A DNA stretch of 64,000 nucleotides from the NCBI GenBank assembly GCA_947629375.1, contig CANRDN010000008.1, forward strand, positions 1,389 through 65,388, in the 5' to 3' direction. Origin of the DNA: an uncultured Bacilli bacterium (lineage in GTDB: Bacteria; Bacillota_I; Bacilli_A; RF39; UBA660). Both the position numbers and the translations under genes were made by a program. How positions within the stretch are numbered: position 1 is the stretch's first letter; the number at the start of each line of letters is the position of its first letter. Shown piece by piece: positions 44,630 through 54,688 of this stretch. The notes under the pieces are model-generated. The model made no database searches and was not told the DNA's origin. It saw nothing but the letters and a program-made list of their open reading frames with translations.

Positions 44630-45454
44630 ATGAATAATTTAGAGAAAACAATAGTGACATTTGAAAGCATTAAGCATATTGATGAGTTTGGTGCTGAATA
44701 CTGGGAGGCTAGAGAACTTCAACTTGCCTTGGGTTACAAAGAATGGAGAAAATTTGAAGGAATAATTAAGAAGGCAAAAGTTGCGTGTGAAGTAAGTAAT
44801 AATGTAGTTGATTATCATTTTGTCGGCTCCGACAAAACGATAGATATGCCTAAAGGTGCTATCAAAAAGGTTGACGATTATAAGTTGTCGAGATATGCTT
44901 GCTATTTAATTGCTCAAAATGGTGATTCAAGAAAAGAAAGTATCGCTCTTGCTCAAACTTATTTTGCTGTTCAGACAAGGAAACAAGAAATTTCTGAATT
45001 AGAATATAATGAACTAACTGAAGATGAAAAGAGACTTTATAAAAGAAACCTAACAAAAAAAGGAAATTATTCATTGAATATTGCTGCTAAAAATGCGGGA
45101 GTCAAAAACTTTGACAAATTTCATAATTATGGATATAAAGGATTATATAATGGAGAAACAGCTGATGACATTGCTAAAAGGAAAGGTTTAAGATATCGAG
45201 AAGATATTTTAGATAATATGGGTAGTGAAGAGCTAGCAGCTAACCTTTTTAGAATCACACAAACAGAACAAAAATTAAAAAGAGACGGAATTAAAACAGA
45301 GAACGATGCAAACAAAACACATTATGAAGTTGGAAGTAAAATAAGAGAGACAATAAAAGAACTTGGAGGAACTATGCCAGAAGACTTACCAACTCCAAAG
45401 AAAAGCCTTAAAGAATTAGAAAAAGAAAAAAATAATAATATGATAAAAAATTAA
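44630..45454 (+). CDS. dinD: DNA damage-inducible protein D (DinD) homolog, copy 2
   Basis: Same conserved blocks as copy 1 (LSRYACYLIAQNGDSRKESIALAQTYFAVQTRKQE, HNYGYKGLYNGETADDIAKRKGLRYREDILDNMGSEEL). ATG 44630 lies 9 nt after an AAGGAGG RBS. Confidence 0.85.
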   Translation: MNNLEKTIVTFESIKHIDEFGAEYWEARELQLALGYKEWRKFEGIIKKAKVACEVSNNVVDYHFVGSDKTIDMPKGAIKKVDDYKLSRYACYLIAQNGDSRKESIALAQTYFAVQTRKQEISELEYNELTEDEKRLYKRNLTKKGNYSLNIAAKNAGVKNFDKFHNYGYKGLYNGETADDIAKRKGLRYREDILDNMGSEELAANLFRITQTEQKLKRDGIKTENDANKTHYEVGSKIRETIKELGGTMPEDLPTPKKSLKELEKEKNNNMIKN

Positions 45455-45574
45455 TGAAATGATTTTATGTTATTCTATTTATTAGAAGTAAATATTGTAA
45501 AGTAGAAAAAGTGTTACTTATGAAACTTAGAAGAAAAGCATTTATATGATATAATCAAATTAGGTGAATATGAT

Positions 45575-46249
45575 ATGAAGTGTAAAAAATGTGGTAATGA
45601 AATAAATGAAAATAATAAATTTTGTGGCAATTGTGGTGCTGCTAATTTGAAAGATAATATAGATAACAAGGAAAATAAAAATCATATAGAAAAGCGAGAA
45701 AAAACTGATTTGCCAATGATAGTTGTATATGTCGTTGTTGGGTTTATTCTAGTTCTCTTGTTATTATATCGTTTTAATGGAATTTATAGTATTATCAATA
45801 TATTTAGAACGAGTCATTACGATGTTGGTAAATTTGAAATAGAATGTAATAAAAACTGTGATCACAAAAGTGGAAGCTATTATAATACTGGAGAAGTCTT
45901 TGAAGTATCAGATGGAAAAGCATCGTTGGAAACCCTTTCAACTGACTTTTTACGCTACTATAGTTTAAGTGATTATGTAGATAGAATAAAAGATAATTGT
46001 AATGATGGTTGTAATGTTATTGAAGATATAACAAAACTTGAAATAAATGATGTAACTTGGTATAAGTTAACTCTTAATGAAAATAAATATACCGATATGT
46101 ATTTGTTTACAGAAGATAATGGAAGAATCTACCGATTTGTTTATTCTGTTAAAGAAAAGTATTATGATATCAAACACCAAAAAGAAATTAAAAAAATGTA
46201 TAGCACAATAACTTATATAGATGGCAATGAGGAGGATTATGATGAATAA
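45575..46249 (+). CDS. zinc-ribbon domain membrane protein
   Basis: N-terminal MKCKKCGNEINENNKFCGNCGA zinc ribbon, one TM segment, and a Cys-containing ectodomain. Confidence 0.6.
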   Translation: MKCKKCGNEINENNKFCGNCGAANLKDNIDNKENKNHIEKREKTDLPMIVVYVVVGFILVLLLLYRFNGIYSIINIFRTSHYDVGKFEIECNKNCDHKSGSYYNTGEVFEVSDGKASLETLSTDFLRYYSLSDYVDRIKDNCNDGCNVIEDITKLEINDVTWYKLTLNENKYTDMYLFTEDNGRIYRFVYSVKEKYYDIKHQKEIKKMYSTITYIDGNEEDYDE

Positions 46250-46967
46250 AAAGAAAATGTTATTTTTTGTTATAATTATGCTTGCATTCGTTACTTCTTG
46301 TGAAAGCGTTGACCCAAATGATGTAGATAAGAACTATGTTAAAGATGCCTTCGAAGAATATTTAGATGAAAATTTTGAAGGAGTTGACTATAAGGTTACA
46401 GTTAATTCTTTAATCAAAGATGATGAAAGAAATTCAACTGGTACGGTTAAATTTAATGATAAATTTAAAACTGTTTGCAGTATTTATGGATATATTCAGG
46501 ATGAAATGTTCGATCAATCTGTAATAGGTTCTCATTATGAGGTTTATAGTGATTGTATGGAAGTAATAATAGAAAATGCCAATAAAAAAATAAATAAACT
46601 AGATTTTAAAATTAAGCTAGATACTGACTATGAAGTTCTTGCTAACGATATAAAGACATATATTAAGGCATTAAAAAAAGAAATAAAAGAATACAAGAAA
46701 AGTAAAGAATTTGAGGATTATTTTTCTGATGAATATGATTACTTTAGTGAAGATATAATTGAAGAAGAATATTCACATAATGAATCAATATATATTGATT
46801 CTTATAATGGTATGGTAATTTTAAATCGTTCTGGATCAAACTTTTCAATGCGTGGGGAAATAGAATTATCAGAATACTTGAAGTTACTTTACAATAATGA
46901 ATTAAAGGCAAAGGAAAAAGAGTTAGATTACAAACATAATGGACAAATCAAAGGAATTGATTATTAA
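46239..46967 (+). CDS. lipoprotein
   Basis: ATG 46239 follows a GGAGG RBS. The signal MMNKKKMLFFVIIMLAFVTSC ends in a lipobox Cys. Confidence 0.6.
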   Translation: MMNKKKMLFFVIIMLAFVTSCESVDPNDVDKNYVKDAFEEYLDENFEGVDYKVTVNSLIKDDERNSTGTVKFNDKFKTVCSIYGYIQDEMFDQSVIGSHYEVYSDCMEVIIENANKKINKLDFKIKLDTDYEVLANDIKTYIKALKKEIKEYKKSKEFEDYFSDEYDYFSEDIIEEEYSHNESIYIDSYNGMVILNRSGSNFSMRGEIELSEYLKLLYNNELKAKEKELDYKHNGQIKGIDY

Positions 46968-46980
46968 AACTCAAAAATAT

Positions 46981-47017
46981 AAATCTATTTTAGAAAAAAA
47001 CTTAAAATAGATTTTTT
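46981..47017 (+). terminator. rho-independent terminator
   Basis: 12-bp stem AAATCTATTTTA / TAAAATAGATTT followed by a T run. Confidence 0.65.
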
Positions 47018-47029
47018 CTTTTACTTTGC

Positions 47030-47075
47030 TTTTTAACAGCTTTATAAATGATTTTTTAACAGCTTTATAAATGAT
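47030..47075. repeat. perfect tandem direct repeat, 2 x 23 bp (TTTTTAACAGCTTTATAAATGAT)
   Basis: Read directly: 47030-47052 equals 47053-47075. Each unit contains the palindrome TTTATAAA. It lies 46 nt upstream of trkA. Confidence 0.85.
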
Positions 47076-47120
47076 TTACAATTTACATTTTTTTTAATAT
47101 AATATCATTTGGTGATAAAG

Positions 47121-48485
47121 ATGAAGATAATAGTAGCAGGCATAGGAAAACTCGGTGAGTATTTAGCTCGTGAATTATCATTAGATGGTAATGAAGTTAC
47201 GATAATAGATGATAAAGCTTTTACAAATAAGTCAATAGTAAATAATGAAGATGTTTTCTATGTCAATGGAAATGCACTTGACTCTAATGTTTTATTAGAA
47301 GCAGGTATTGAAAACTCTGATTTGTTAATTTCTGTTATGGATAAAGATGAAAAAAACATAATGTGTTCTTTTCTTGGTAAAAAATTAGGCGTTAACAAGA
47401 CTATTGCTCGTGTTAGAACACCAGAGTATTCTTCATCTTTAAATTTATTAAAAGAAGATTTAGGACTTTCTATGATTATTAATCCTGAATATATGACAGC
47501 AACTCATATAGCAAGATTATTAAGTATTCCTAATGCTTTGGATACTGTTTCTTTTTTTAAGGGAAGAATTTCTTTGGTGTCCATTAAAGTTAAAGAGAAT
47601 AGCCCTCTTGCTAAATTGACTCTTAATGGACTTTCTAAAAAACTTAAGAAAAAAGTAATAATATGTGCAATTGAAAGAAATGGTGAAACCATAATACCAA
47701 AAGGTAATTATCGTATTGAAGAAGGGGATAAAGTCCATTTTACAGGTACAAGAGATCAAATCTTCTCATTCCTACAGTTTGCAGATTTAGTTGGAAGCAA
47801 AAGTAAAAGGGTAATGATAAGTGGTGGATCTACTACTTGTATTTACTTATCTCAAATGTTAATAGAGATGGGGATGGAAGTAAAGATAATAGAAATAAAC
47901 AAAGATAGATGCGACTTTCTATGTGAAACCCTACCTAAAGCTTTAATAATAAATGGAGATGTATCAAATCAGGATTTGTTGTATGAAGAAGATATCGAAA
48001 ACTTTGATTCTTTTATATCTTTAAATAATATCGATGAAGAAAATATAATTCATTCGATGTTTGCTAAAACGGTAGGAGTTCCTAAAATAATTACTAAAGT
48101 TAATCATATAAATCTAGATGGTGTCTTAGAAAAAGCTGATATAGATGCAGTTGTAACACCACATAAAATTGCTGCAAATCAAATAGTTAGTTATGTAAGA
48201 GCAATGGAAAATAGTAGCAATAGTAATAGTAGCTGTGAATCTATTTACAAGTTCGCCGATGAATCTTTTCAAATGTTGGAATTTAATGTTAAAAAGGGCT
48301 TTAAAAAGTTAAATGTTAAACTTAAAGATATCGATATCGATGAAGATGTTTTAGTTACAGCTATTTTAAGAGGCAGGAATATTATCTTCCCTTCAGGAAA
48401 CGATGATATAAGAGAAAAAGATACAGTAATTATTGCTGCTCTTGAGAAAAAAGAATTAAAAGATATCAATGACATTTTGAGGTAG
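47121..48485 (+). CDS. trkA: potassium uptake protein TrkA (two RCK/NAD-binding units)
   Basis: MKIIVAGIGKLGEYLAREL Rossmann motif and a second VMISGGSTTCIYLSQML unit. Directly upstream of trkH. Confidence 0.85.
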   Translation: MKIIVAGIGKLGEYLARELSLDGNEVTIIDDKAFTNKSIVNNEDVFYVNGNALDSNVLLEAGIENSDLLISVMDKDEKNIMCSFLGKKLGVNKTIARVRTPEYSSSLNLLKEDLGLSMIINPEYMTATHIARLLSIPNALDTVSFFKGRISLVSIKVKENSPLAKLTLNGLSKKLKKKVIICAIERNGETIIPKGNYRIEEGDKVHFTGTRDQIFSFLQFADLVGSKSKRVMISGGSTTCIYLSQMLIEMGMEVKIIEINKDRCDFLCETLPKALIINGDVSNQDLLYEEDIENFDSFISLNNIDEENIIHSMFAKTVGVPKIITKVNHINLDGVLEKADIDAVVTPHKIAANQIVSYVRAMENSSNSNSSCESIYKFADESFQMLEFNVKKGFKKLNVKLKDIDIDEDVLVTAILRGRNIIFPSGNDDIREKDTVIIAALEKKELKDINDILR

Positions 48486-48488
48486 AAT

Positions 48489-49904
48489 ATGAGAAACAAA
48501 TTAATATATAAATATATTGGTAAAGTTTTAATTGGTTATTCTTTCTTATTAATTCTTCCATTTTTAGTTGGACTTTACTATAATGAATTGCCTCTTGTTT
48601 TTCTTTATACGGCTTTAGAAACCTTAGCGCTTGGATTTCTTTTAACGAGACTTAAAAGTGATAGAAAAAACTTATTTGCAAGAGATGGTTTTAAGATAGT
48701 TACAATATCTTGGGTAGTTATAAGTTTAATTGGTGCAATACCGCTTATGGTGGATGCCAATCTATCATTTGTCGATGCTTTTTTTGAAGCAGTTTCAGGA
48801 TTTACGACAACAGGTGCTACGATGTTTGATAATGTCGAAATATTACCGAAGAGTATTCTTTTTTGGCGAGACTTTATGCACTTTATTGGTGGAATGGGAG
48901 TTCTTGCTTTTGTAATGGCCATTGTTCCTCTTGCCAAAAGTGATAAATCGATGTATCTACTTAAAGCCGAGATGCCAGGACCTTCTGTATCAAAATTAGT
49001 TCCAAGTATTAAAAAGACCTTATATTATCTATATGGCATCTATTTTGCTCTTACTTTAATTGAGTTTATCTTACTTTTAATATCAGGAATGCCTGTGTTT
49101 GACAGCCTTTTAATATCTATGGGAACAGCGGGTACTGGTGGATTTAGTCCACTAAGTACAAGTGTAGCAACTTATAGTGTAATGGCCAAAATAGTCGTAT
49201 CAGTCTTTATGTTTTTATTTGGAGTTAACTTTAACATCTATTTCTTGATTTTAATTAAAGACTTCAAAAGTGCCTTTAAAAGTGAAGAATTAAAAGTATA
49301 TATCGGACTTTATCTTTTTACAGTATTTTTACTTGTTATGAATTCGATAAATATCTTTTCAAGTATTAATGAAGCTTTATTAAATGGCTTTTTCAATGCA
49401 AGCTCATTTATTTCGAGTACTGGTTACAGTATTGGAGATGTCAATATCTATCCGACTGCTTGTAGGCTTTGGATATTGTTTATGATGGTTGTATCTGCCT
49501 GTGCTGGAAGTACTTGTGGTGGCTTTAAAGTATCTCGTCTTATCTTAATTTTTAAAATAATAAAAAGGGATATTCAAAAGATTGTTCATCCAAATAGTGT
49601 GTCAATGATAACTTTTGAAGGTAAAAAAGTAGAAGAGGAAACTCTAGAGAGCACCAAAAGCTTTATGTTTTTATATATTCTACTTATACTCATCATCTTG
49701 TTTGTGGTGTCCCTTGATGGATTTTCTTTAGAGACTAGTATAAATGCTGTTTTCTCAACTTTTGGTAATGTTGGACTTTATTTTGATATTCCAAGTTTTT
49801 CAATGTTTAGTGACTTATCTAAAATATTTATGTCTATAGGTATGCTTTTAGGAAGACTTGAGATATATCCAATAATTGCACTTCTCGTATCAAGAAGAAA
49901 ATAA
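48489..49904 (+). CDS. trkH: potassium transporter TrkH/KtrB family membrane subunit
   Basis: 471 aa, polytopic, with selectivity-filter-like repeats GFTTTGATM, TAGTGGFS, SSTGYS and STFGNVGL. Confidence 0.85.
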   Translation: MRNKLIYKYIGKVLIGYSFLLILPFLVGLYYNELPLVFLYTALETLALGFLLTRLKSDRKNLFARDGFKIVTISWVVISLIGAIPLMVDANLSFVDAFFEAVSGFTTTGATMFDNVEILPKSILFWRDFMHFIGGMGVLAFVMAIVPLAKSDKSMYLLKAEMPGPSVSKLVPSIKKTLYYLYGIYFALTLIEFILLLISGMPVFDSLLISMGTAGTGGFSPLSTSVATYSVMAKIVVSVFMFLFGVNFNIYFLILIKDFKSAFKSEELKVYIGLYLFTVFLLVMNSINIFSSINEALLNGFFNASSFISSTGYSIGDVNIYPTACRLWILFMMVVSACAGSTCGGFKVSRLILIFKIIKRDIQKIVHPNSVSMITFEGKKVEEETLESTKSFMFLYILLILIILFVVSLDGFSLETSINAVFSTFGNVGLYFDIPSFSMFSDLSKIFMSIGMLLGRLEIYPIIALLVSRRK

Positions 49905-49925
49905 AATATAGAAAGGAATATGGTT

Positions 49926-50648
49926 ATGCAAGAAGAAAAACTTAATAATTTAATGAATAAATACTCTTTAAGTGATAATGAGAAAAAAGAGTTTTTAAAA
50001 ATTGTTAATCCAATTATCGAACATAAAGAATTTCAAAGAAGATTAACTAAAGAATTTCTTCATCATAGTGATATTACCTTAGGTGAGCACATCTTAGAAG
50101 ATGCTTTAATTACTTATAAACTTTCTAAAAAGGAGAAAAAGAAAAATATAAATATTAATCTTGCTGTTAAAATTGCTCTTTTTCACGACTTATACACAAT
50201 TCCTTGGCAAAATAATAAGGAAAATACTAAAGTTAAAAAGTTTTCTCATAAACACGGATTTAGACATCCAATAGAAGCTGCGATAAATGCTTCTTACTGG
50301 TATAAAGATGAATTTAAAAATGAAGAGGAAGCAAAAATATTAATCGATGGTATAATTCACCATATGTATCCACTTCCAGTAACAAGAACTAAAAGAATAG
50401 AAGAAGATGAACTTAAAAACTATGACTTATTTTTAAAACTTCCTAAAAACATCCAACAAATGATAAAGGATTCTGCAAATAGAACGAAAGTATTCAGTTA
50501 TTCTTTATGTAGAAGTAAATACCCTGAAGGTAGGATTATGTCTAAATCTGATAAAATGGTTTCTTTTCATCAAATAAAGAACTTAAATAGTCTTACTGCA
50601 CTTTTAACAGGTAAAAATAAAAGTATCGAAGATAAGGATAAAGAATGA
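49926..50648 (+). CDS. HD domain protein
   Basis: HHSDITLGEHILEDA......LFHDLYT supplies the H...HD metal-binding residues. ATG 49926 has better RBS spacing than 49920. Confidence 0.6.
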   Translation: MQEEKLNNLMNKYSLSDNEKKEFLKIVNPIIEHKEFQRRLTKEFLHHSDITLGEHILEDALITYKLSKKEKKKNININLAVKIALFHDLYTIPWQNNKENTKVKKFSHKHGFRHPIEAAINASYWYKDEFKNEEEAKILIDGIIHHMYPLPVTRTKRIEEDELKNYDLFLKLPKNIQQMIKDSANRTKVFSYSLCRSKYPEGRIMSKSDKMVSFHQIKNLNSLTALLTGKNKSIEDKDKE

Positions 50649-51343
50649 TTATGAAATCCGATTTATATAAGATAGATAATAGTGTCGAGAAAATATTAAA
50701 TAAAAAAAGTACTTTATTTTTAGATCAGAAAGAATTTAAAGAAGTAACAGCAAAATTAAGAAAAGGAAGTTATAAAGTTTATTATCCATACAAAGATAGT
50801 GAGAAAGTAATACTTTATTGTGATAAAATACCTGGTGTTACGCTTTTCGAAATTAAGTCATTTACTCCATTAAGACACCAAGACATTTTAGGTAGTCTAA
50901 TGGCTCTTAATATCTCTTCAAGTTATTTAGGAGATATCATAATCGATAAAGATAATTATTACTTTTATGTTCTAGACGAATTAAGTAGTTTTATAAGTGA
51001 TAATTTAAAAACTATTGGGTCCTCAAGCGTTTCTTTAACAAAGATTGATTTAGATTACTTAAAAGATTACGAAAGAAATTATGAAAAGAATGAAGTAATT
51101 GTCTCAAGTCTTCGAATCGATAATGTCTTATCAAAAGTCATAGGAACCAATAGAGATAAAATAATAGAAAAAATAAAAAATAAAGAAGTAATTTTAAATT
51201 ATGAAGTTTTAACTAAATCATCGATTAATCTAAAAGAAAATGATGTCTTTAGTGTTAGAAAATATGGTAAATATAAATTCGTTGGAGTAACTAATCATAC
51301 TAAAAAGGATAATTTAGTAATTGAATACTTAAAGTATATATAA
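50645..51343 (+). CDS. S4-domain RNA-binding protein (YlmH-like)
   Basis: The C-terminal segment LRIDNVLSKVIGTNRDKIIEKIKNKEVILNYEVL is an S4 motif. Size and layout match YlmH. Confidence 0.6.
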   Translation: MIMKSDLYKIDNSVEKILNKKSTLFLDQKEFKEVTAKLRKGSYKVYYPYKDSEKVILYCDKIPGVTLFEIKSFTPLRHQDILGSLMALNISSSYLGDIIIDKDNYYFYVLDELSSFISDNLKTIGSSSVSLTKIDLDYLKDYERNYEKNEVIVSSLRIDNVLSKVIGTNRDKIIEKIKNKEVILNYEVLTKSSINLKENDVFSVRKYGKYKFVGVTNHTKKDNLVIEYLKYI

Positions 51344-51369
51344 TTAAAAACTTTTCAAGAGGTAATAAT

Positions 51370-51867
51370 ATGATAAATATAGCAAAAAGAAAAGCATTAA
51401 TGATATCTTTAATACTTATCTCTTTATCTTTTCAAAAGGATAATGAGCTAAATAAACCTAATATTGAAATAATGGAGAACTCTAATTATTTTGGTAAATA
51501 TAGTAAAGGTAAAATATATATTGGAGATATTAATTTTTTAAAAACTTTAAATAATAAAGAAGATGGGGATGTCTTGGTTTTAGATGCTAGAGATTCTATA
51601 GAAGACCCTTGTCTCAAAATATTAGATTCTTCTTCGATAATCGACGAAAAAGATCGAGATGACATTATAAAAGTTTTATGTAGATATGAAGAACTTTTCC
51701 CAAGTGATTGGAAAAGAAGTTTTGATTCAATGAAAATTGAATGGTATGTCCATAATCTTTTATATTATTTGAATATTGAAAGAGATAGAACTAAAGATGT
51801 TGATTTAAACAATGCTGATGAAGAAATGTACAACAATAAAGTATTAAAAAAAGTACTAAAAGTATAG
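51370..51867 (+). CDS. hypothetical secreted/membrane-anchored protein
   Basis: 165 aa with an N-terminal hydrophobic segment ALMISLILISLSF. Confidence 0.5.
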   Translation: MINIAKRKALMISLILISLSFQKDNELNKPNIEIMENSNYFGKYSKGKIYIGDINFLKTLNNKEDGDVLVLDARDSIEDPCLKILDSSSIIDEKDRDDIIKVLCRYEELFPSDWKRSFDSMKIEWYVHNLLYYLNIERDRTKDVDLNNADEEMYNNKVLKKVLKV

Positions 51868-51876
51868 GAGGATATT

Positions 51877-52512
51877 ATGTTAGATAATGTTATAGTGTTT
51901 AGACAAAGTAGTATTAAAATTACAAGAGATAAAGTGTTGTATTTTGACCCATTTAAAATTGAAAAGGAGTATAAGGATGCTGATATAATTTTTATTACCC
52001 ACGATCATTTTGATCACTTCGATTTAGAAAGTATTAACAAAGTAAAAAAGGATACCACTAAAATAGTTGTGCCATATTCTTTAAAAGATAAAGTTTTAAA
52101 TAGTTTTAAAAGTGATAATGTTTTACTTGTTGAACCAGATAAAAGTTACACACTTGATAATATTAAATTTGATACAGTAAGAGCATATAACAATAATAAA
52201 AAATTCCATCCTAAAGAAAATAATTGGGTAGGGTACCTTCTTTATTTAGATAACTATAAATATTATGTAATGGGAGATACTGATGATACAGTAGATGCAA
52301 GGAGTGTTGCACCTGATATTTTATTTGTTCCAATTGGTGGAATGTACACGATGGATGTATCTGAAGCAATAAATTATACTAACTATGTAAAGCCTAAAAT
52401 AGCTGTACCAATCCATTATGGTGAAGTAGTAGGAAGTAAAGAAGATGGTGAAGAGTTTATTAACGGACTTGATGAAACAATAAAAGGAGTTATACTTATA
52501 AATAAAGGATAG
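51877..52512 (+). CDS. MBL-fold metallo-hydrolase
   Basis: ITHDHFDHF (HxHxDH) motif and a later VPIHYG. Confidence 0.75.
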   Translation: MLDNVIVFRQSSIKITRDKVLYFDPFKIEKEYKDADIIFITHDHFDHFDLESINKVKKDTTKIVVPYSLKDKVLNSFKSDNVLLVEPDKSYTLDNIKFDTVRAYNNNKKFHPKENNWVGYLLYLDNYKYYVMGDTDDTVDARSVAPDILFVPIGGMYTMDVSEAINYTNYVKPKIAVPIHYGEVVGSKEDGEEFINGLDETIKGVILINKG

Positions 52513-52520
52513 GAAAATAT

Positions 52521-52769
52521 ATGAGAAAAATAGTAATAAAAGGAATATATAAGCATTTTAAGGGTGACTACTATCTTGTCGAAGACGTAGCAACTCATTC
52601 AGAGACAGATGAAAAATTAGTTATTTATCGAAGCTTATATGGAGATGGAGAACTTTACGCAAGACCTATCGATATGTTCTTAAGTGAAGTAGATCACGAA
52701 AAATATAAAGATGTAAAACAAAAATATCGCTTTGAATTACAAAAAATAGAAAGCAAGAATCATAAATAA
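52521..52769 (+). CDS. DUF1653 family protein
   Basis: [44 protein letters not shown] matches the DUF1653 pattern. Confidence 0.75.
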   Translation: MRKIVIKGIYKHFKGDYYLVEDVATHSETDEKLVIYRSLYGDGELYARPIDMFLSEVDHEKYKDVKQKYRFELQKIESKNHK

Positions 52770-52803
52770 TTAGATTTTTGTCATATTAAATATAGGAGAG
52801 TTT

Positions 52804-54267
52804 ATGAATAAAGAAAAGTTACAAGAATATTTAAAAAGAATAGGAGAACTTAGATACTTAATCACAGTCCTTAGATGGGATATGGATACAGTAGCACCTA
52901 AAAAGAGTTACGACTATTTAATAAATGTCAGTACTAAGTATGAAATGGAAGCTTATGAACTTGAAACAAGTGAAGAATTATTGACTTTATTAATTAACTT
53001 AATAAATAGTGATGAATTTAATTCTTTATCTAAAGAAGAGCAAATTTATATAAATGATTTAAAAGAAGATTTCTATAAATTTAGACAAGTTCCTAAAGAC
53101 TTTTATGAAGACTATTGTAATCTTAGAAGCACTTCCTTAAATGTCTGGAAAGAAGCTAAAGATAATAATGATTATGAGACTTTTAAACCATATTTGACAA
53201 AGGTTATCGAGTATACTAAAAGATATTATCGTTTTATGTATCCTGATACTGACAACTTATATGATTGTATGATAGGGGAATATGAAAAAGGAATAAAGTC
53301 AGAATTTATTGATTCCTTATTTGATAAGTTAAAAGAAGAAATAATTCCAATTGTCAAAAATCTTAAAGAAAAGAATGTAAAAAAAGTTAAAAATGTTTTA
53401 GATGACAGTGAGTTTATCTCTTTTGCTAAGTTTCTTTTAGATTATATTGGTTTCGATAACGAAAGAGGCGCTCTTGGAATATATACTCACGGATATACAA
53501 CTAAGTTAAATAAAAATGATGTAAGAATTACTTTTTCCAATAATGACAATCCAATCGATTCAATAAGCACGATAGTTCACGAAGGTGGACACGGAATATT
53601 TGATCAAAATATTGGAAGTAATCTAACAGAGTATGAAACATACGATGTCAATAAATATGCTTTGCACGAATCCCAATCAAGATTCTTTGAAAATATCTTA
53701 GGAAGAAGAAAAAGTTTCTTTGTTCCTATCTACGATGAAATAAAGAAAAGACTAAATATCGATTTAACATTAGATGAATTTGTAGATAATTTTAATAACG
53801 CTAAGGCATCTTTAGTAAGAACTGAAGCAGATGAATTAACTTACTGCCTTCATATCATAATTAGGTACGAAATAGAAAGAGATATCTTCAATGAAAACAT
53901 TCCTCTTGATGATTTACCTACCATTTGGAATCAAAAATATCAAGAATATTTAGGTATCTCAAGTGATAATTACAAAGAAGGAATTTTGCAGGATATGCAC
54001 TGGTCAGATGGTTCTTTTGGATACTTTCCATCTTATCTTTTAGGGTCAATCTTCGATGGAATGCTTCTTAACTTAGTAAATGAAAAACTAGGGGATGTCG
54101 ATAAGATTCTAGAAGAGGGAAGAATAAAAGAAATAACGAAGTTCTTAAACGAATCAATTCATAAATATGGTGGTTCATATAACATAAATGAAGTATGTCA
54201 AAGAATTTGTGGTAAGGACTTAGATGTAGAACCTCTAGTACTTTACTTTAAAAGTAAATATCTATAA
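52804..54267 (+). CDS. M32 family metallocarboxypeptidase (Taq-like)
   Basis: Zinc motif VHEGGHG (HExxH), LHESQSRFFEN, DMHWS..FGYFPSYLLG. Confidence 0.9.
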   Translation: MNKEKLQEYLKRIGELRYLITVLRWDMDTVAPKKSYDYLINVSTKYEMEAYELETSEELLTLLINLINSDEFNSLSKEEQIYINDLKEDFYKFRQVPKDFYEDYCNLRSTSLNVWKEAKDNNDYETFKPYLTKVIEYTKRYYRFMYPDTDNLYDCMIGEYEKGIKSEFIDSLFDKLKEEIIPIVKNLKEKNVKKVKNVLDDSEFISFAKFLLDYIGFDNERGALGIYTHGYTTKLNKNDVRITFSNNDNPIDSISTIVHEGGHGIFDQNIGSNLTEYETYDVNKYALHESQSRFFENILGRRKSFFVPIYDEIKKRLNIDLTLDEFVDNFNNAKASLVRTEADELTYCLHIIIRYEIERDIFNENIPLDDLPTIWNQKYQEYLGISSDNYKEGILQDMHWSDGSFGYFPSYLLGSIFDGMLLNLVNEKLGDVDKILEEGRIKEITKFLNESIHKYGGSYNINEVCQRICGKDLDVEPLVLYFKSKYL

Positions 54268-54270
54268 TTT

Positions 54271-54295
54271 GGACTTTATTTAAAAGTCCTTTTTT
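54271..54295 (+). terminator. rho-independent terminator
   Basis: GGACTTT-ATTTA-AAAGTCC hairpin followed by a T6 run. Confidence 0.65.
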
Positions 54296-54322
54296 GATAA
54301 GATATTAATATAGGAGAAAGAT

Positions 54323-54676
54323 ATGAAAAAGATATTCGAGTTATTATTATGCTTTGTCTTTCTTTTTAGTTTAACAGGATGTCAAAGTGACTCTACAGAA
54401 GAAGAAAAGAAAGCAAAGGTAAAAGAGAAAAATTACTATGAAACAATGGAAGAAATTGTCTTAACTAATTCTCAACACTATTTTGTTACTAATAATAAAG
54501 AAGTAGTAAGTATGGATGAATTAGTTAACACTGGTTATATAAATAAAGAATTTCTAAAAGATTACGAAATTGATTCTTACTGTGATGGATATGTAGTAAA
54601 TAAGGAAGAAAAGAAAGTTTATATAAAATGTAAGAACTATGTTACTGATGGATTCGATTCTTCATTATTAAAATAA
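54323..54676 (+). CDS. lipoprotein
   Basis: Signal peptide with the lipobox LFSLTGC. Confidence 0.6.
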   Translation: MKKIFELLLCFVFLFSLTGCQSDSTEEEKKAKVKEKNYYETMEEIVLTNSQHYFVTNNKEVVSMDELVNTGYINKEFLKDYEIDSYCDGYVVNKEEKKVYIKCKNYVTDGFDSSLLK

Positions 54677-54688
54677 GTAGGTGAATAA

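Noticed and set aside
47030-47075. CRISPR-like repeat
   Set aside because: There are only two directly abutting copies with no spacers and no cas genes. It is a simple tandem duplication.
46968-47120. c-di-AMP (ydaO/kimA-type) riboswitch upstream of the trkAH potassium uptake operon
   Set aside because: The intergenic region is only about 150 nt. It is almost pure A/T apart from the terminator, and it lacks the paired ACGGGGA-type conserved cores. Only a tandem repeat is present.
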